The notes: generated by a model not told the origin, from the letters alone. Shown: positions 15,089 to 24,196, numbered from the stretch's first letter. The stretch is 32,000 nt of DNA from Geotalea uraniireducens Rf4 (GCF_000016745.1 NC_009483.1:3690001-3722000); one strand, 5' to 3'. Made by a program: numbers and translations.

Positions 15089-17308
15089 TTAATTCGGCGG
15101 CATACCTTCCTGGAACTGGGGAATATCGCCGGAGCGGCCACCATGGCACCTGCCGCAGCTACCCTGGTCCTTGACGCTGAAGGCCATTGCAGCCCCGTGA
15201 CAGGCGCCGCACGATTTACCATCTTCCATATCCTTCATCTTATACTGTTTCCTGGCGACACCCGGTGCAATGAGATTGTTGTGGCAGTCACCACAGTTGT
15301 ACCCCTTCGAAATATGCAGTTTGTGACTGAACAAGACACTGCCGGTATTGGCCGGCAGTTCATATTTCACCGCCCTCGTCACGTTGTGACACTTGCTGCA
15401 ACTGCCGGTAACCGCAAAGGCAGTGTTCGATTCGTGACAAGCGCCGCAGGACCGCCCCTTTTCCATGTCGGGCATGGTGTAACGCTTGTTCCCCTCACCC
15501 GGAACGAATAGCTTGGAGTGGCAATCGTTGCAGCGGTAAACACCCAGATGAAACTTGTGGCTGAAGAGCGCTCCCGATTCCTTGAACTGGATCTCTTTAA
15601 CCGGATGGCACTTTTCACAATTTTCTTTTACCGTAAAAGCGGTTTTCGCGTCGTGACATGCGCCGCAGGACTTGCCACCCTCCATATCAGCCATTTTATA
15701 GCGTTTGGCTGCCACACCGGTAGTGAATATACCGTTGTGGCAGTCACCGCACTTGTACATGCCGATATGAAATTTATGGCTGAAGTAGGTGATGCCGGTT
15801 TCGGGAACTTTGAAGGCCACTTCAATGGTCGATTTATGACACTTGTCGCAATCACCCTTGACCGAGAAGCCGGTGCTCCCTTCATGGCAGGCGCCGCACG
15901 ACGCCCCTTTTTCCATATCAACCATCGTACGCCGCTTATTGTCCGGTCCGGCAACAAACAGTTTGCTATGGCAGTCACCACACTTGTACATCTCCAGGTG
16001 CTTTGTGTGACTGAAACGGGCGTCATCCGTAAAGGTGATATCCTTGACAGGGTGGCACTTGCCGCAATTGGCTGCCACGCTGAAAGCTGTCTTCCCCTCA
16101 TGGCAGGCACCGCAGGACTTACCCTTTTCCATCTCGGCCATGGGAAAGCTCTTTCTCGCCACCCCCGTGGTAAAAACCTTGTTGTGACAGTCATCACACT
16201 TGAACATGCCCAGGTGCAGCGAATGGCTGAAGTTCACCGGACCGATATCGGGTATGGTGAAGGTGATATCCTTCGTGCTTTTATGGCATCTGTCGCAACT
16301 GCCGTTGACGGAGAAAGCGACATCACCTTCGTGACAGGCGCCGCATGATTTCAGCTTCGCCATGTCGGCCATGGTATAGCGTTTGCTGTTGACGCCACCG
16401 ACAAAGAGGCCGCTGTGGCAGTCATTGCAGTTGTACATGCCAAGATGGAATTTATGACTGAAAAGCGCATCGCTTTTCTTGAAAGGGATATCCTTGGTAG
16501 TCTTGTGACATTTTGCGCAATCGCCCTTGACTGAAAAACCGGTGCTGCCGTCGTGACAGCCACCGCAAGACCTCCCTTGTTCCATTTCACGCATGGAATA
16601 ACGTTTGCTGTTCGGACCGGCAACAAAAAACTTGCTATGGCAGTCCCCGCATTTGTACATCTCCAGGTGGAATTTATGGCTGAATAAGGCATCGGCGGTG
16701 AACGCAATGTCCTTCACGGTATGACATTTGGTGCAGTTTTCCTTGACGGTAAACGCCGTTTTCCCATCATGGCAGGCACCGCACGACACTCCGCCCGCCA
16801 TCTGCGCCATGGAAACGTGGGGGTTGCCCGGGCCCGGCTTGAACAGCTTGTTGTGACACTCGCCGCACCCGTACATACCAAGATGAAAATTATGGCTGAA
16901 GATCAACGTGCCGAAGTCGGGTATTTCGATGGGAACTTCTTTAACGATGTGACATCTTACACATTCAGTAAGGGCAAAGGCCTTGGTTTTGTTATGGCAG
17001 GCACCGCACGATTTCCCCTTTTCCATTTCCGCCATGGTCACGGGCGGCACCTTCTTGGTGATGGGAAAGATGGTCTTATGGCATACGGTACAATTACTGC
17101 CCAGTTTATTCAGATGGACATCATGGTCAAACACTACCTTACCGGCGTTCTCAGTTTTAAAAGTAACTACCTTGAACTCCTTGGCAAACAACAAAACCGG
17201 AATCATAAGCAGTAACATCAACGGCAGTAAAAAGCGTTTCACAGACTTTTCCCTCTGTTTCCTGAAATTGTGATCTTTATTTCCAAGCACATGTCGGAAA
17301 GACACCAT
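15089..17308 (-). CDS. 27-haem periplasmic cytochrome c made of nine tandem c7-type trihaem domains
   Basis: There are 27 CXXCH motifs, arranged as 9 repeats of three. Each repeat contains F(S/D)HxxH, the first CXXCH, MxxMxxxxSCGxCH and a third CXXCH. A signal-peptide-like h-region (LLPLMLLLMIPVLLFA/KE) is present. The start is ambiguous: either the ATG at 17308, or the GTG at 17242 preceded by GAGGG at good spacing. Confidence 0.95.
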   Translation of the reverse strand: MVSFRHVLGNKDHNFRKQREKSVKRFLLPLMLLLMIPVLLFAKEFKVVTFKTENAGKVVFDHDVHLNKLGSNCTVCHKTIFPITKKVPPVTMAEMEKGKSCGACHNKTKAFALTECVRCHIVKEVPIEIPDFGTLIFSHNFHLGMYGCGECHNKLFKPGPGNPHVSMAQMAGGVSCGACHDGKTAFTVKENCTKCHTVKDIAFTADALFSHKFHLEMYKCGDCHSKFFVAGPNSKRYSMREMEQGRSCGGCHDGSTGFSVKGDCAKCHKTTKDIPFKKSDALFSHKFHLGMYNCNDCHSGLFVGGVNSKRYTMADMAKLKSCGACHEGDVAFSVNGSCDRCHKSTKDITFTIPDIGPVNFSHSLHLGMFKCDDCHNKVFTTGVARKSFPMAEMEKGKSCGACHEGKTAFSVAANCGKCHPVKDITFTDDARFSHTKHLEMYKCGDCHSKLFVAGPDNKRRTMVDMEKGASCGACHEGSTGFSVKGDCDKCHKSTIEVAFKVPETGITYFSHKFHIGMYKCGDCHNGIFTTGVAAKRYKMADMEGGKSCGACHDAKTAFTVKENCEKCHPVKEIQFKESGALFSHKFHLGVYRCNDCHSKLFVPGEGNKRYTMPDMEKGRSCGACHESNTAFAVTGSCSKCHNVTRAVKYELPANTGSVLFSHKLHISKGYNCGDCHNNLIAPGVARKQYKMKDMEDGKSCGACHGAAMAFSVKDQGSCGRCHGGRSGDIPQFQEGMPPN
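15143..17179 (-). repeat. Intragenic tandem array of nine diverged c7-domain repeats, period about 72-81 codons
   Basis: The His residues of the third haem motif fall at aa 120, 196, 268, 342, 419, 491, 568, 641 and 722. Identity at the DNA level is limited to short stretches, for example TTTATGGCTGAA recurring near 15775 and 16674, with one mismatch (TTTATGACTGAA) near 16451. Confidence 0.9.
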
Positions 17309-17339
17309 TACCCTTTGTATGCCTTGCCAGTCTCGATAA

Positions 17340-17717
17340 TCAGGTAATCTTCAACAGTCCCTTTGCCACATCCAGTATTCTGTTCGGCTGGATAGGCTTG
17401 GTGATGTAATCGTTGGCGCCCAGAGCAAGGGCACGCTCCCGGTCCTCCTGCGCCCCCTCGGTGGTGATGACGACGATCGGCGTATCCTTGTAGTTTGCGT
17501 CATTGCGCACCAGACTTACAAGCTTTAAACCATCCATGATCGGCATGTTTATGTCGGTCAGAATGAGGTCGAATCTTTCAGCGGAAAGCTTTTTCAGCCC
17601 ATCGACACCGTCATTGGCTTCCACGATCCGGATGCCTCTCAATCTTTTAAGGGCAAAAGATATGAGTTGCCTCATCGTGGGCGAGTCCTCGACTATCAGG
17701 ATATTATATTGCAACAT
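17340..17717 (-). CDS. cheY: CheY-like single-domain response regulator
   Basis: The 125-aa ORF has the receiver signature IVEDS...LILTDINMP...VITTEG...YITKP. GGAGG sits 7 nt upstream of the ATG. Confidence 0.9.
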   Translation of the reverse strand: MLQYNILIVEDSPTMRQLISFALKRLRGIRIVEANDGVDGLKKLSAERFDLILTDINMPIMDGLKLVSLVRNDANYKDTPIVVITTEGAQEDRERALALGANDYITKPIQPNRILDVAKGLLKIT

Positions 17718-17802
17718 ATGTTGTCCTCCGATTATTCCACGTATCTTTCATCCATTCCAGAGGTAACCCATAGGAGCGTGCAGGGACACATACCCGATAC
17801 GG

Positions 17803-18627
17803 TTACTTTGTCAGGAGATCGATGAATCCCTGAATAGTTGAAAGCTTGCGTTCGGAATCATTGTAGAGCCTTGAGCTGAAAATGGCAGTAGCCGCATGTC
17901 CAGCCAACAGGGTGAACAGTTCGTAGTCGACAGCAGCAAACGTCGTTTTTTGCACCAACAGTTTGTAAATCACCAGCACGCCGATCACGTGTTCCTTGAT
18001 CTTGAGCGGGATGCAGACCATGGGTTGATGGAGATCCTGAACATAAGTGCTGACGTTCTCCACAAAGTAATTCTCGCCGGTCTTGGCAACTTCGCCAATA
18101 ATGCCTTTGCCAAGCTTCACATGGGGAATATTGTCCCGGAGAATGCCTTCACAGGCGACAGCCTGAATTTCATTGCTCTTTTCGTCAAGGAGCATGATTG
18201 CGAATTCTTCGGCGCCGATCAGGTTTATGATGATCTCGGTAATTATCTGCAGGACCTCTTTGAAATCGAGGGTGGAATGCAACTGGTAACTGGCAATGTA
18301 GAGGTTTGCCAGGTTGTTGTTTTCTTCCTCGATTTCTATATATCGGGCAGCAAAATCCTGATTTTCCGCCTCCACCTGCTTGATCCGCCCGAGGATCTCA
18401 TCCTTTTCCCGTTCCAGCTCCTCAATTCGCTGAAACAGCTTGCGGTTTTCATCAGTCGAGGCAGGAACCCCCTCCAGGTTGGACTGAGATTCCTCCAGTT
18501 GGATAATCCGATAGCGGAGCCGTTCGTTTTCCCTCATCAACTCCTGGGTAAACTCGGCCCCTTTTTTGAAGACCTGCAAGAACTCTTCAGCCCTTCCATG
18601 AACGCCTTTATCTTCTTCCTTTGACAT
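17803..18627 (-). CDS. Coiled-coil plus GAF-domain protein
   Basis: The N-terminal roughly 110 aa are heptad-rich and charged (ERLRYRIIQLEE..., ELEREKDEILGRIKQVEAENQD...). The C-terminal part has a GAF-like pattern (LIGAEEFAIMLLDE...GKGIIGEVAKTGE...VCIPLK...VIGVLVIY). Confidence 0.8.
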   Translation of the reverse strand: MSKEEDKGVHGRAEEFLQVFKKGAEFTQELMRENERLRYRIIQLEESQSNLEGVPASTDENRKLFQRIEELEREKDEILGRIKQVEAENQDFAARYIEIEEENNNLANLYIASYQLHSTLDFKEVLQIITEIIINLIGAEEFAIMLLDEKSNEIQAVACEGILRDNIPHVKLGKGIIGEVAKTGENYFVENVSTYVQDLHQPMVCIPLKIKEHVIGVLVIYKLLVQKTTFAAVDYELFTLLAGHAATAIFSSRLYNDSERKLSTIQGFIDLLTK

Positions 18628-18650
18628 ATTCCACTCCAGTCTCTGTTATA

Positions 18651-19736
18651 TCAGTCCCTGTTATGTAAAATTCCGCAATGCGAAGCGATTTCATTGGCCA
18701 TCCTGTCGATGGGCGCCACCTTGTCAACCAGCCCGGTGGCTATTGCCTCACGGGGCATGCCAAAAACAACCGCCGATTCTTCAGACTCAGCGAGTATCCT
18801 GGCGCCAGCAGCCTTGGCCGTCTTAACTCCGCGGCTTCCATCATTTCCCATGCCGGTAAGGACCACCGCCAGCAGGCGTGAGCCATAGATTTCAGCACAG
18901 GAAGCAAGCATGGCATCCACGGAAGGTATATATTTATCCGTCGGCGCCGGGTCGACCACCCGGACTATTACTTTCCCATCAAGAGACTGAAGCACCATAT
19001 TTCGGCCCCCCGGAGCAACCAGAACCCTTCCGGGCAAAACGGCATCACCGTCTTTAGCCTCTTTGATCTCAAAACCTGATGTACGATTCAGTCTTTCGGC
19101 AAAAGCCCTGGTAAATCCCGCGGGCATGTGCTGGGAAACCACAACAGCAACCGGCAGCGGCTCTGCGAACGCGGAAAAAATGCTCTGGAGAGCCGGTGGA
19201 CCTCCGGTAGAAGCTCCAATGGCGACAATATCGACTTTGGATTTGACTGTTTTTGCGGTCGGAAACAACGCCGGCTTCTTTTCCTTTTTTGCCTTTGCCT
19301 CCTGGATAAACAATGACTCCCGTCTTTTGATCCCCGCCATATTGAGGTTAAAAACACTCCGCACCTTTTTCTGGAGATCGTCCTGAATTTTCAGAAGTTC
19401 ATCGGATATCGTCCTGGTCGGTTTCGCGATAAAATCAACAGCGCCCAGTTCAAGCGCCTTAAAAACCCGCTCGTCCTCACTCCCGGAACTGATCACGATA
19501 ACCGGCGTAGGACAGCTGCTCATGATGATGCGCAACGTAGTAAAGCCGTCCATTCGGGGCATTTCAAGATCAAGAGTAACGAGATCGGGACTTAGATCGA
19601 TAACCCGCCTGATTCCCTCCTCACCATTGGCAGCGTAGCCTACAACCTCAACCTCCGGCACCTCTTCAAGCATCTTGGTAATAGTACGTCGATTGTAAGC
19701 CGAATCGTCTATGACCACCACCCTCACCTTCTTCAT
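18651..19736 (-). CDS. cheB: Chemotaxis-type protein-glutamate methylesterase (REC plus CheB domain)
   Basis: The receiver domain shows VVVIDDS...LVTLDLEMP. The esterase domain shows [12 protein letters not shown] and HMPAGFT. I moved the start to the ATG at 19736: GGAGG lies 7 nt upstream, and this ATG forms an ATGA overlap with the cheR stop at 19733-19735. The track start at 19760 is over-extended. Confidence 0.93.
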   Translation of the reverse strand: MKKVRVVVIDDSAYNRRTITKMLEEVPEVEVVGYAANGEEGIRRVIDLSPDLVTLDLEMPRMDGFTTLRIIMSSCPTPVIVISSGSEDERVFKALELGAVDFIAKPTRTISDELLKIQDDLQKKVRSVFNLNMAGIKRRESLFIQEAKAKKEKKPALFPTAKTVKSKVDIVAIGASTGGPPALQSIFSAFAEPLPVAVVVSQHMPAGFTRAFAERLNRTSGFEIKEAKDGDAVLPGRVLVAPGGRNMVLQSLDGKVIVRVVDPAPTDKYIPSVDAMLASCAEIYGSRLLAVVLTGMGNDGSRGVKTAKAAGARILAESEESAVVFGMPREAIATGLVDKVAPIDRMANEIASHCGILHNRD

Positions 19737-20608
19737 GCAAAACCTCCGAATTCCGCACATTCAGGCTTGTGGTAGACCATGTCGTTTTTCAGGTGTTTGA
19801 GAGCAAAGGCAGTAGAAATATTCATCAACGATTCGGAATGGCCGAGGAGAAGATACCCTCCCTCGCGCAATGACTTGTAAAATGATTCCACAACCCTCTT
19901 CTTGGCGATCTGATCGAAATATATGATGACGTTGCGACAGAAAATCACATCCATCTTGCCGAGCAATGCAAGCCGGTTCTGATCAAATAGGTTGAGATGG
20001 CTGATAGTTACAAGCTCCCGGACTTCATCGTTTACTTTGAACATGCCTTCCTGTTCTTGAAAATATCGTTTAATATATATTTCTTCTGTTGATCTGAATG
20101 AAGATTTGCCGTAAGCAGCCTTTCGTGCCTGTTGCAGCACCCTCTGGCTGATATCGGTGCCGATGATTTCCACGCGCCAGCCTTTTATACAACCCATTTC
20201 CAGAAGAAGCATGGCGATCGTGTACGGCTCTTCACCCGTAGAACAGCCAGCACTCCAGATCCGCAATGTGCGATCGCCCCTTTTCGCCTTTACGTTCATC
20301 AACTCGGGAATTATTTCGTCGGTAAATGCCTTCAACTGAAACGCTTCGCGGAAAAAATAGGTCTCGTTGGTGGTCAGGATATCCATTATGTCGGAGAGTT
20401 CCTGATCCCGCTTTCTGTCATATTTCAGAAAATGATAGTAATCCCTGAACGCCGGAAGTTGATGATGGGACAATCTCCGGGCAAGACGTTTTTCCAGCAG
20501 ATACTTGGAGTCGTTATCAAAATATAGACCACAATGTGTATAAATGAGATCCCTGATAAGGCGAAACTCATCATCGGTCATCAGTACTTCAGGTTCAGAG
20601 CAAAACAT
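19733..20608 (-). CDS. cheR: Chemotaxis-type protein-glutamate O-methyltransferase
   Basis: The SAM-binding motif is [20 protein letters not shown], preceded by a CheR N-terminal helical region. Its start overlaps the stop of the upstream HEAT gene (TAATG at 20606-20610). Confidence 0.92.
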   Translation of the reverse strand: MFCSEPEVLMTDDEFRLIRDLIYTHCGLYFDNDSKYLLEKRLARRLSHHQLPAFRDYYHFLKYDRKRDQELSDIMDILTTNETYFFREAFQLKAFTDEIIPELMNVKAKRGDRTLRIWSAGCSTGEEPYTIAMLLLEMGCIKGWRVEIIGTDISQRVLQQARKAAYGKSSFRSTEEIYIKRYFQEQEGMFKVNDEVRELVTISHLNLFDQNRLALLGKMDVIFCRNVIIYFDQIAKKRVVESFYKSLREGGYLLLGHSESLMNISTAFALKHLKNDMVYHKPECAEFGGFA

Positions 20609-22632
20609 TAGAAGAACCTATCCATTAATTCCACGATCTGCCCCTTTACCGATTCATCCGACTCGGTTTCCAGGGCCGAACGCAGATATGGCAATGCCTT
20701 CTCACCCATCCGGGCAGCCATTGCCTTAACAAAACTGCTCCTTACATCCCAGTGCGGATGGGACAGAAGTTTGTTCCGGTATGCATGAATCCACCCATCG
20801 CCATTCAGAGAAAGGATGTTGATGGCAGCCTTGACCACTTCTTCATCGTGGTTTTCAAGCGCCCTTTCAACCAATGCGGTCCCCTTGTCTCCGCCGATCT
20901 GGGCAACAGTATCCAGCACGGAGATCAAAACGAGCCCTTCAGCACTCTCAAACAACTCGACAATCGCCGGCAAGGCGGCATCGTTGCGCAGATTACCAAG
21001 GCTCTTCAGTGCTGCGCACTTAACCCAGGGATCGTCATCCTTAAGCGCCAAGAGTAAAGGATCGAGGACGTCATCCCCGCCGATATCCCCGAGAGCGCCT
21101 GCTGCAGCAATACGGACATCAGGATCCTCATCAACCAAAGCCATGACGAGGTGCCCGACGCTCGCCGCCGACTTGAGCTTGGCCAACGAACTGACCGCGG
21201 TTTTGCGTACGGATGCGTCTTCATCCTTGATAAGGAGCGAAAGTTTATCGGTGTCGGAGAGTGCCGTGCAAAGAATCGCCGCATTACGCCTTTTTTCAGA
21301 AACTTCGGAAGAGGCAAGTTTGCCGGTAATTTTTGCTACGGCTACCCTGTCCGCTTCGACAAGGCGATAAAGGGCTTCAATTGCCCCTTCACGGACATCC
21401 GGCTCACTGTCTTCGAGCAGATGGGCGATTTCGTTGATAAACACAACAAGGCCGGTCTTACCCGCAGCCTGCACCGAGGCTTTTCTCAGCCGGGCATTGG
21501 AGTCGAGCAGCCCTTCGCTTAATAGGGAAACGCACCCCTTGTAGCGCAATTCTCCGCATACATAAACGATGAAACAGCGTTCATCGTCATCCGCGGCAGG
21601 ATATGCTTCAACCAGAGATGCTGCTCCGCCCTCCCCCATGGCCTTGAATGCCTGCAAGCAGTGCCTGCGGAGCCTGTCGTCACAGCAGCCGCGAAGCAGA
21701 TGGCCAGACGCACGATCATCCCCGATGATGCCGAGAATTTTGACCAGTGACTCTCTCAAACTGCTCTCGGAAGTTTCAAACGAAGCAAGCAGACCTTCCA
21801 CAAACGGAGTTCCCTTGAACCTCCAGAGCCTCTCATCCACTGCACGTTCAGCGATTTCGGAGGGGAGGCGGTCCCTGAGCGAAACAAGCCCCATCGCCGC
21901 TGCCTCACGGGCATTCTTCACCCTGTCCTTCAATCCCTCCACAAGAAGCGGCACCGCCTCCACATCGCCAATCGCACCGAGACAGTCGTATATCGCCTTT
22001 TTCAGGAGATTTTCCTTGGCAAGCGGTACAATCGCGGCCATAGGCACCGGTTTACCGATTTTGCCGATGGACTCGAGAATGGTGAACCTCAGCCAAACGT
22101 CATTTTTTGCCAAGGCCTGCAAAAGAGCCGGTATCGCCTGCGCATCCCGAATCTTTCCCAGATTTTCTGCAGCTGCAGCACGAACGTTGGCATCGGAGTC
22201 ATCGAGCGCCTTTATCAAATGCGGCACAAAAGCAGGGTCGCAGATGTTCCCCATGATGTCGACAATGAACTTCCGCACATCATGGTCGTCATCCCCCACA
22301 TGACGGCAAAGGGCATGTGTAGCCTGCCGCCCGAGCTTTTCCAGGGATTCCACGGCGGAATTGCGCAGGCCTGCATTTTCCTGGGATCTGAGCATATCGA
22401 TCAGCTTTTCCTCCAGGATTACAGCACCAGTACCGGTAGCAGCGGCCACAAGTATATCTACCGCCTCTTTGCGGACACGCCAGCTTATATCGCCCAGAGC
22501 ACGAAAAAGACTTTCTTCAATCTGGTCAAGGGGATACCCTCCCAGGCCGACCACTGCCAGTCTCCGTTTTTCCTCATCAGGCGAACAGAGTTGTTCAGTA
22601 AGGGTATGCAGTTTTTCCACTACGCGCTCCAA
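20608..22632 (-). CDS. HEAT-repeat (PBS-lyase-type) protein, 674 aa
   Basis: DxDxxVRxxAxxALGxI-like units recur many times, for example DDDHDVRKFIVDIMGNI, DSDANVRAAAAENLGKI, DEDASVRKTAVSSLAKL, DEDPDVRIAAAGALGDI and DDDPWVKCAALKSLGNL. The track start is a TTG at 22632. A GTG at 22620 has a better-spaced GGAG. Confidence 0.85.
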   Translation of the reverse strand: MERVVEKLHTLTEQLCSPDEEKRRLAVVGLGGYPLDQIEESLFRALGDISWRVRKEAVDILVAAATGTGAVILEEKLIDMLRSQENAGLRNSAVESLEKLGRQATHALCRHVGDDDHDVRKFIVDIMGNICDPAFVPHLIKALDDSDANVRAAAAENLGKIRDAQAIPALLQALAKNDVWLRFTILESIGKIGKPVPMAAIVPLAKENLLKKAIYDCLGAIGDVEAVPLLVEGLKDRVKNAREAAAMGLVSLRDRLPSEIAERAVDERLWRFKGTPFVEGLLASFETSESSLRESLVKILGIIGDDRASGHLLRGCCDDRLRRHCLQAFKAMGEGGAASLVEAYPAADDDERCFIVYVCGELRYKGCVSLLSEGLLDSNARLRKASVQAAGKTGLVVFINEIAHLLEDSEPDVREGAIEALYRLVEADRVAVAKITGKLASSEVSEKRRNAAILCTALSDTDKLSLLIKDEDASVRKTAVSSLAKLKSAASVGHLVMALVDEDPDVRIAAAGALGDIGGDDVLDPLLLALKDDDPWVKCAALKSLGNLRNDAALPAIVELFESAEGLVLISVLDTVAQIGGDKGTALVERALENHDEEVVKAAINILSLNGDGWIHAYRNKLLSHPHWDVRSSFVKAMAARMGEKALPYLRSALETESDESVKGQIVELMDRFF

Positions 22633-22659
22633 CGTTCCTGTGCAGAATGCATGATGCCG

Positions 22660-23634
22660 TCACAATCTCAATTCCTGTTTTTTCCTGGCAATTAATTCCT
22701 CGAAAGCATCTTCGAGATAAGATGTATCGTTTCTGATCGACTCAGACACACGGCGCTCGTAAAGAGCCGTCCCTTCCCGTATATCGTCTTCCAACAGTTT
22801 ATAAAAAGTGTTGTTTTTGACACCCTCTTCCACCTTGGTCTGATTGTAAAGGGTGATATCCGAGACGATAATGCGGGCTAGCCGCCGGGCCTTTACATGC
22901 GCATCGGGTAATTGCCGGGGTGCTGTGTATGATACCTGGGGAGTAGTCTCGCGTTCCTCATCCTCCTGAATTTCCTGGCGGACAATCTCCTGGGCGTCGA
23001 TTTCGGTGCTTGAGAGTTGTTGCGGAGCCGCCTGGCCCTCCTCTTGCCGGGAAACCTCTTCAGGGGCTGCAGCCTCAACGGGTTTCTGGCCGGACACCAG
23101 CCGGTATATCATGGAGGACAATGAATCCGGGATATGATGCTTTTCTATATAATCGTCGGCGCCATAGAGTGAATTAGGCGACCGCTTGTACCTCGTCTTA
23201 TCGTAAACAGATGCAATGAGGATAATTTTAACGGCAGCCAACGCCGGATCATTCCTGATTTTTTCACATACCTCAAAGCCGTACATCGAAGGGAGCGCCA
23301 CATCAAGTAAAACCACATCGGGACGCAAACGTTCGACAGCATCAAAGGTTTCCTTCCCGTCATTAAACGTGAAGACCGTAAACGACTCCGGCTCCAGCAC
23401 TTTTTTCACCGCCGTACAAAAGGCTGCGCTTTCATTTGCTATAACGACTTTTATCCCGGCAGTTGCAACAGAAGGAGAAACGGCCGGCCGCGAGGCAGCA
23501 ACCGGGGGAGGGATCTTTCTGGTTACTTTGAAAATCGCACGACATTTACTGCACCGCAGTTTAATGCCTTCTGCACCCACTTTAGTATCGTCGAAACTGA
23601 ATTTTGCCTTACAACTCGGACATACAATCAGCAT
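22660..23634 (-). CDS. Zinc-ribbon (MJ0042-type) plus receiver-domain protein with an uncharacterised C-terminal module
   Basis: The N-terminus is MLIVCPSCKAKFSFDD...LRCSKCRAIFKV, that is CxxC...CxxC. The receiver has an intact acceptor (VVLLDVALP), S in IASV and K in YIEKH, but NE replaces the usual DD pair. An acidic linker follows, then a C-terminal roughly 90-aa helical segment (KARRLARIIVSDITLYN...). Confidence 0.8.
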   Translation of the reverse strand: MLIVCPSCKAKFSFDDTKVGAEGIKLRCSKCRAIFKVTRKIPPPVAASRPAVSPSVATAGIKVVIANESAAFCTAVKKVLEPESFTVFTFNDGKETFDAVERLRPDVVLLDVALPSMYGFEVCEKIRNDPALAAVKIILIASVYDKTRYKRSPNSLYGADDYIEKHHIPDSLSSMIYRLVSGQKPVEAAAPEEVSRQEEGQAAPQQLSSTEIDAQEIVRQEIQEDEERETTPQVSYTAPRQLPDAHVKARRLARIIVSDITLYNQTKVEEGVKNNTFYKLLEDDIREGTALYERRVSESIRNDTSYLEDAFEELIARKKQELRL

Positions 23635-23657
23635 GCAAACCCTTTCAATCTCAATAG

Positions 23658-24140
23658 TCAGCCATTAACTTCCATGTCGCCGATACTGCCGAGTTCTGAA
23701 GCCTCATGGGCCGTCAGGATAGTGTCTATGTTCAGCAATATGATGAGAGATTCCTTCGCCAGACAGACCCCCACGAGATATTTGGCGCCAATTCCTCCAA
23801 CGACCTGTGGCGGCGGTTTTATGTCTTTGACGGGGATTGTGATAACCTCAGTGACGTTATCCACGACCAACCCGAGAAGCTGCTTCGACACCCTGACGAT
23901 CAGCAGCCTGACCCCGGAATCAAATTCGCGTAGAGGAAGATCAAACCTCTTGCGAAGATCGATAACCGGAAGCACGCTGCCTCGCAGGTTTATCACCCCT
24001 TCAACAAAGGGGGGAGCCTTGGGCAGGCTGGTCAACTTCTGCGGCCTGATGATTTCCCTGATCCGCATGATGTCAACCGCATAGAGGTTTTCACCTATGG
24101 TAAAGCAAGCGACCTGAATTTCATTAATGTCCGAATACAT
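23658..24140 (-). CDS. cheW: CheW coupling protein
   Basis: The CheW-domain pattern is ACFTIGENLYAVDIMRIREIIRPQKLTSLPKAPPFVEGVINLRGSVLPVIDLRKRF. The ATG at 24140 (AAGGGA 5 nt upstream) is preferred over the GTG at 24143. Confidence 0.9.
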   Translation of the reverse strand: MYSDINEIQVACFTIGENLYAVDIMRIREIIRPQKLTSLPKAPPFVEGVINLRGSVLPVIDLRKRFDLPLREFDSGVRLLIVRVSKQLLGLVVDNVTEVITIPVKDIKPPPQVVGGIGAKYLVGVCLAKESLIILLNIDTILTAHEASELGSIGDMEVNG

Positions 24141-24196
24141 CACTATCCCTTATGAGTAAGGATTGAAACATTGATACAGGCCGATCTCCCCGCCTG

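Noticed and set aside
15143-17273. Plus-strand ORFs 15143-15511, 15518-16348, 16721-17215 and 16983-17273, and minus-strand off-frame ORFs within the 27-haem cytochrome gene
   Set aside because: These are shadows of a repeat-rich gene. The repeated His, Cys, Gly and Ala codons generate long open antisense frames, and only the annotated frame carries the 27 CXXCH motifs.
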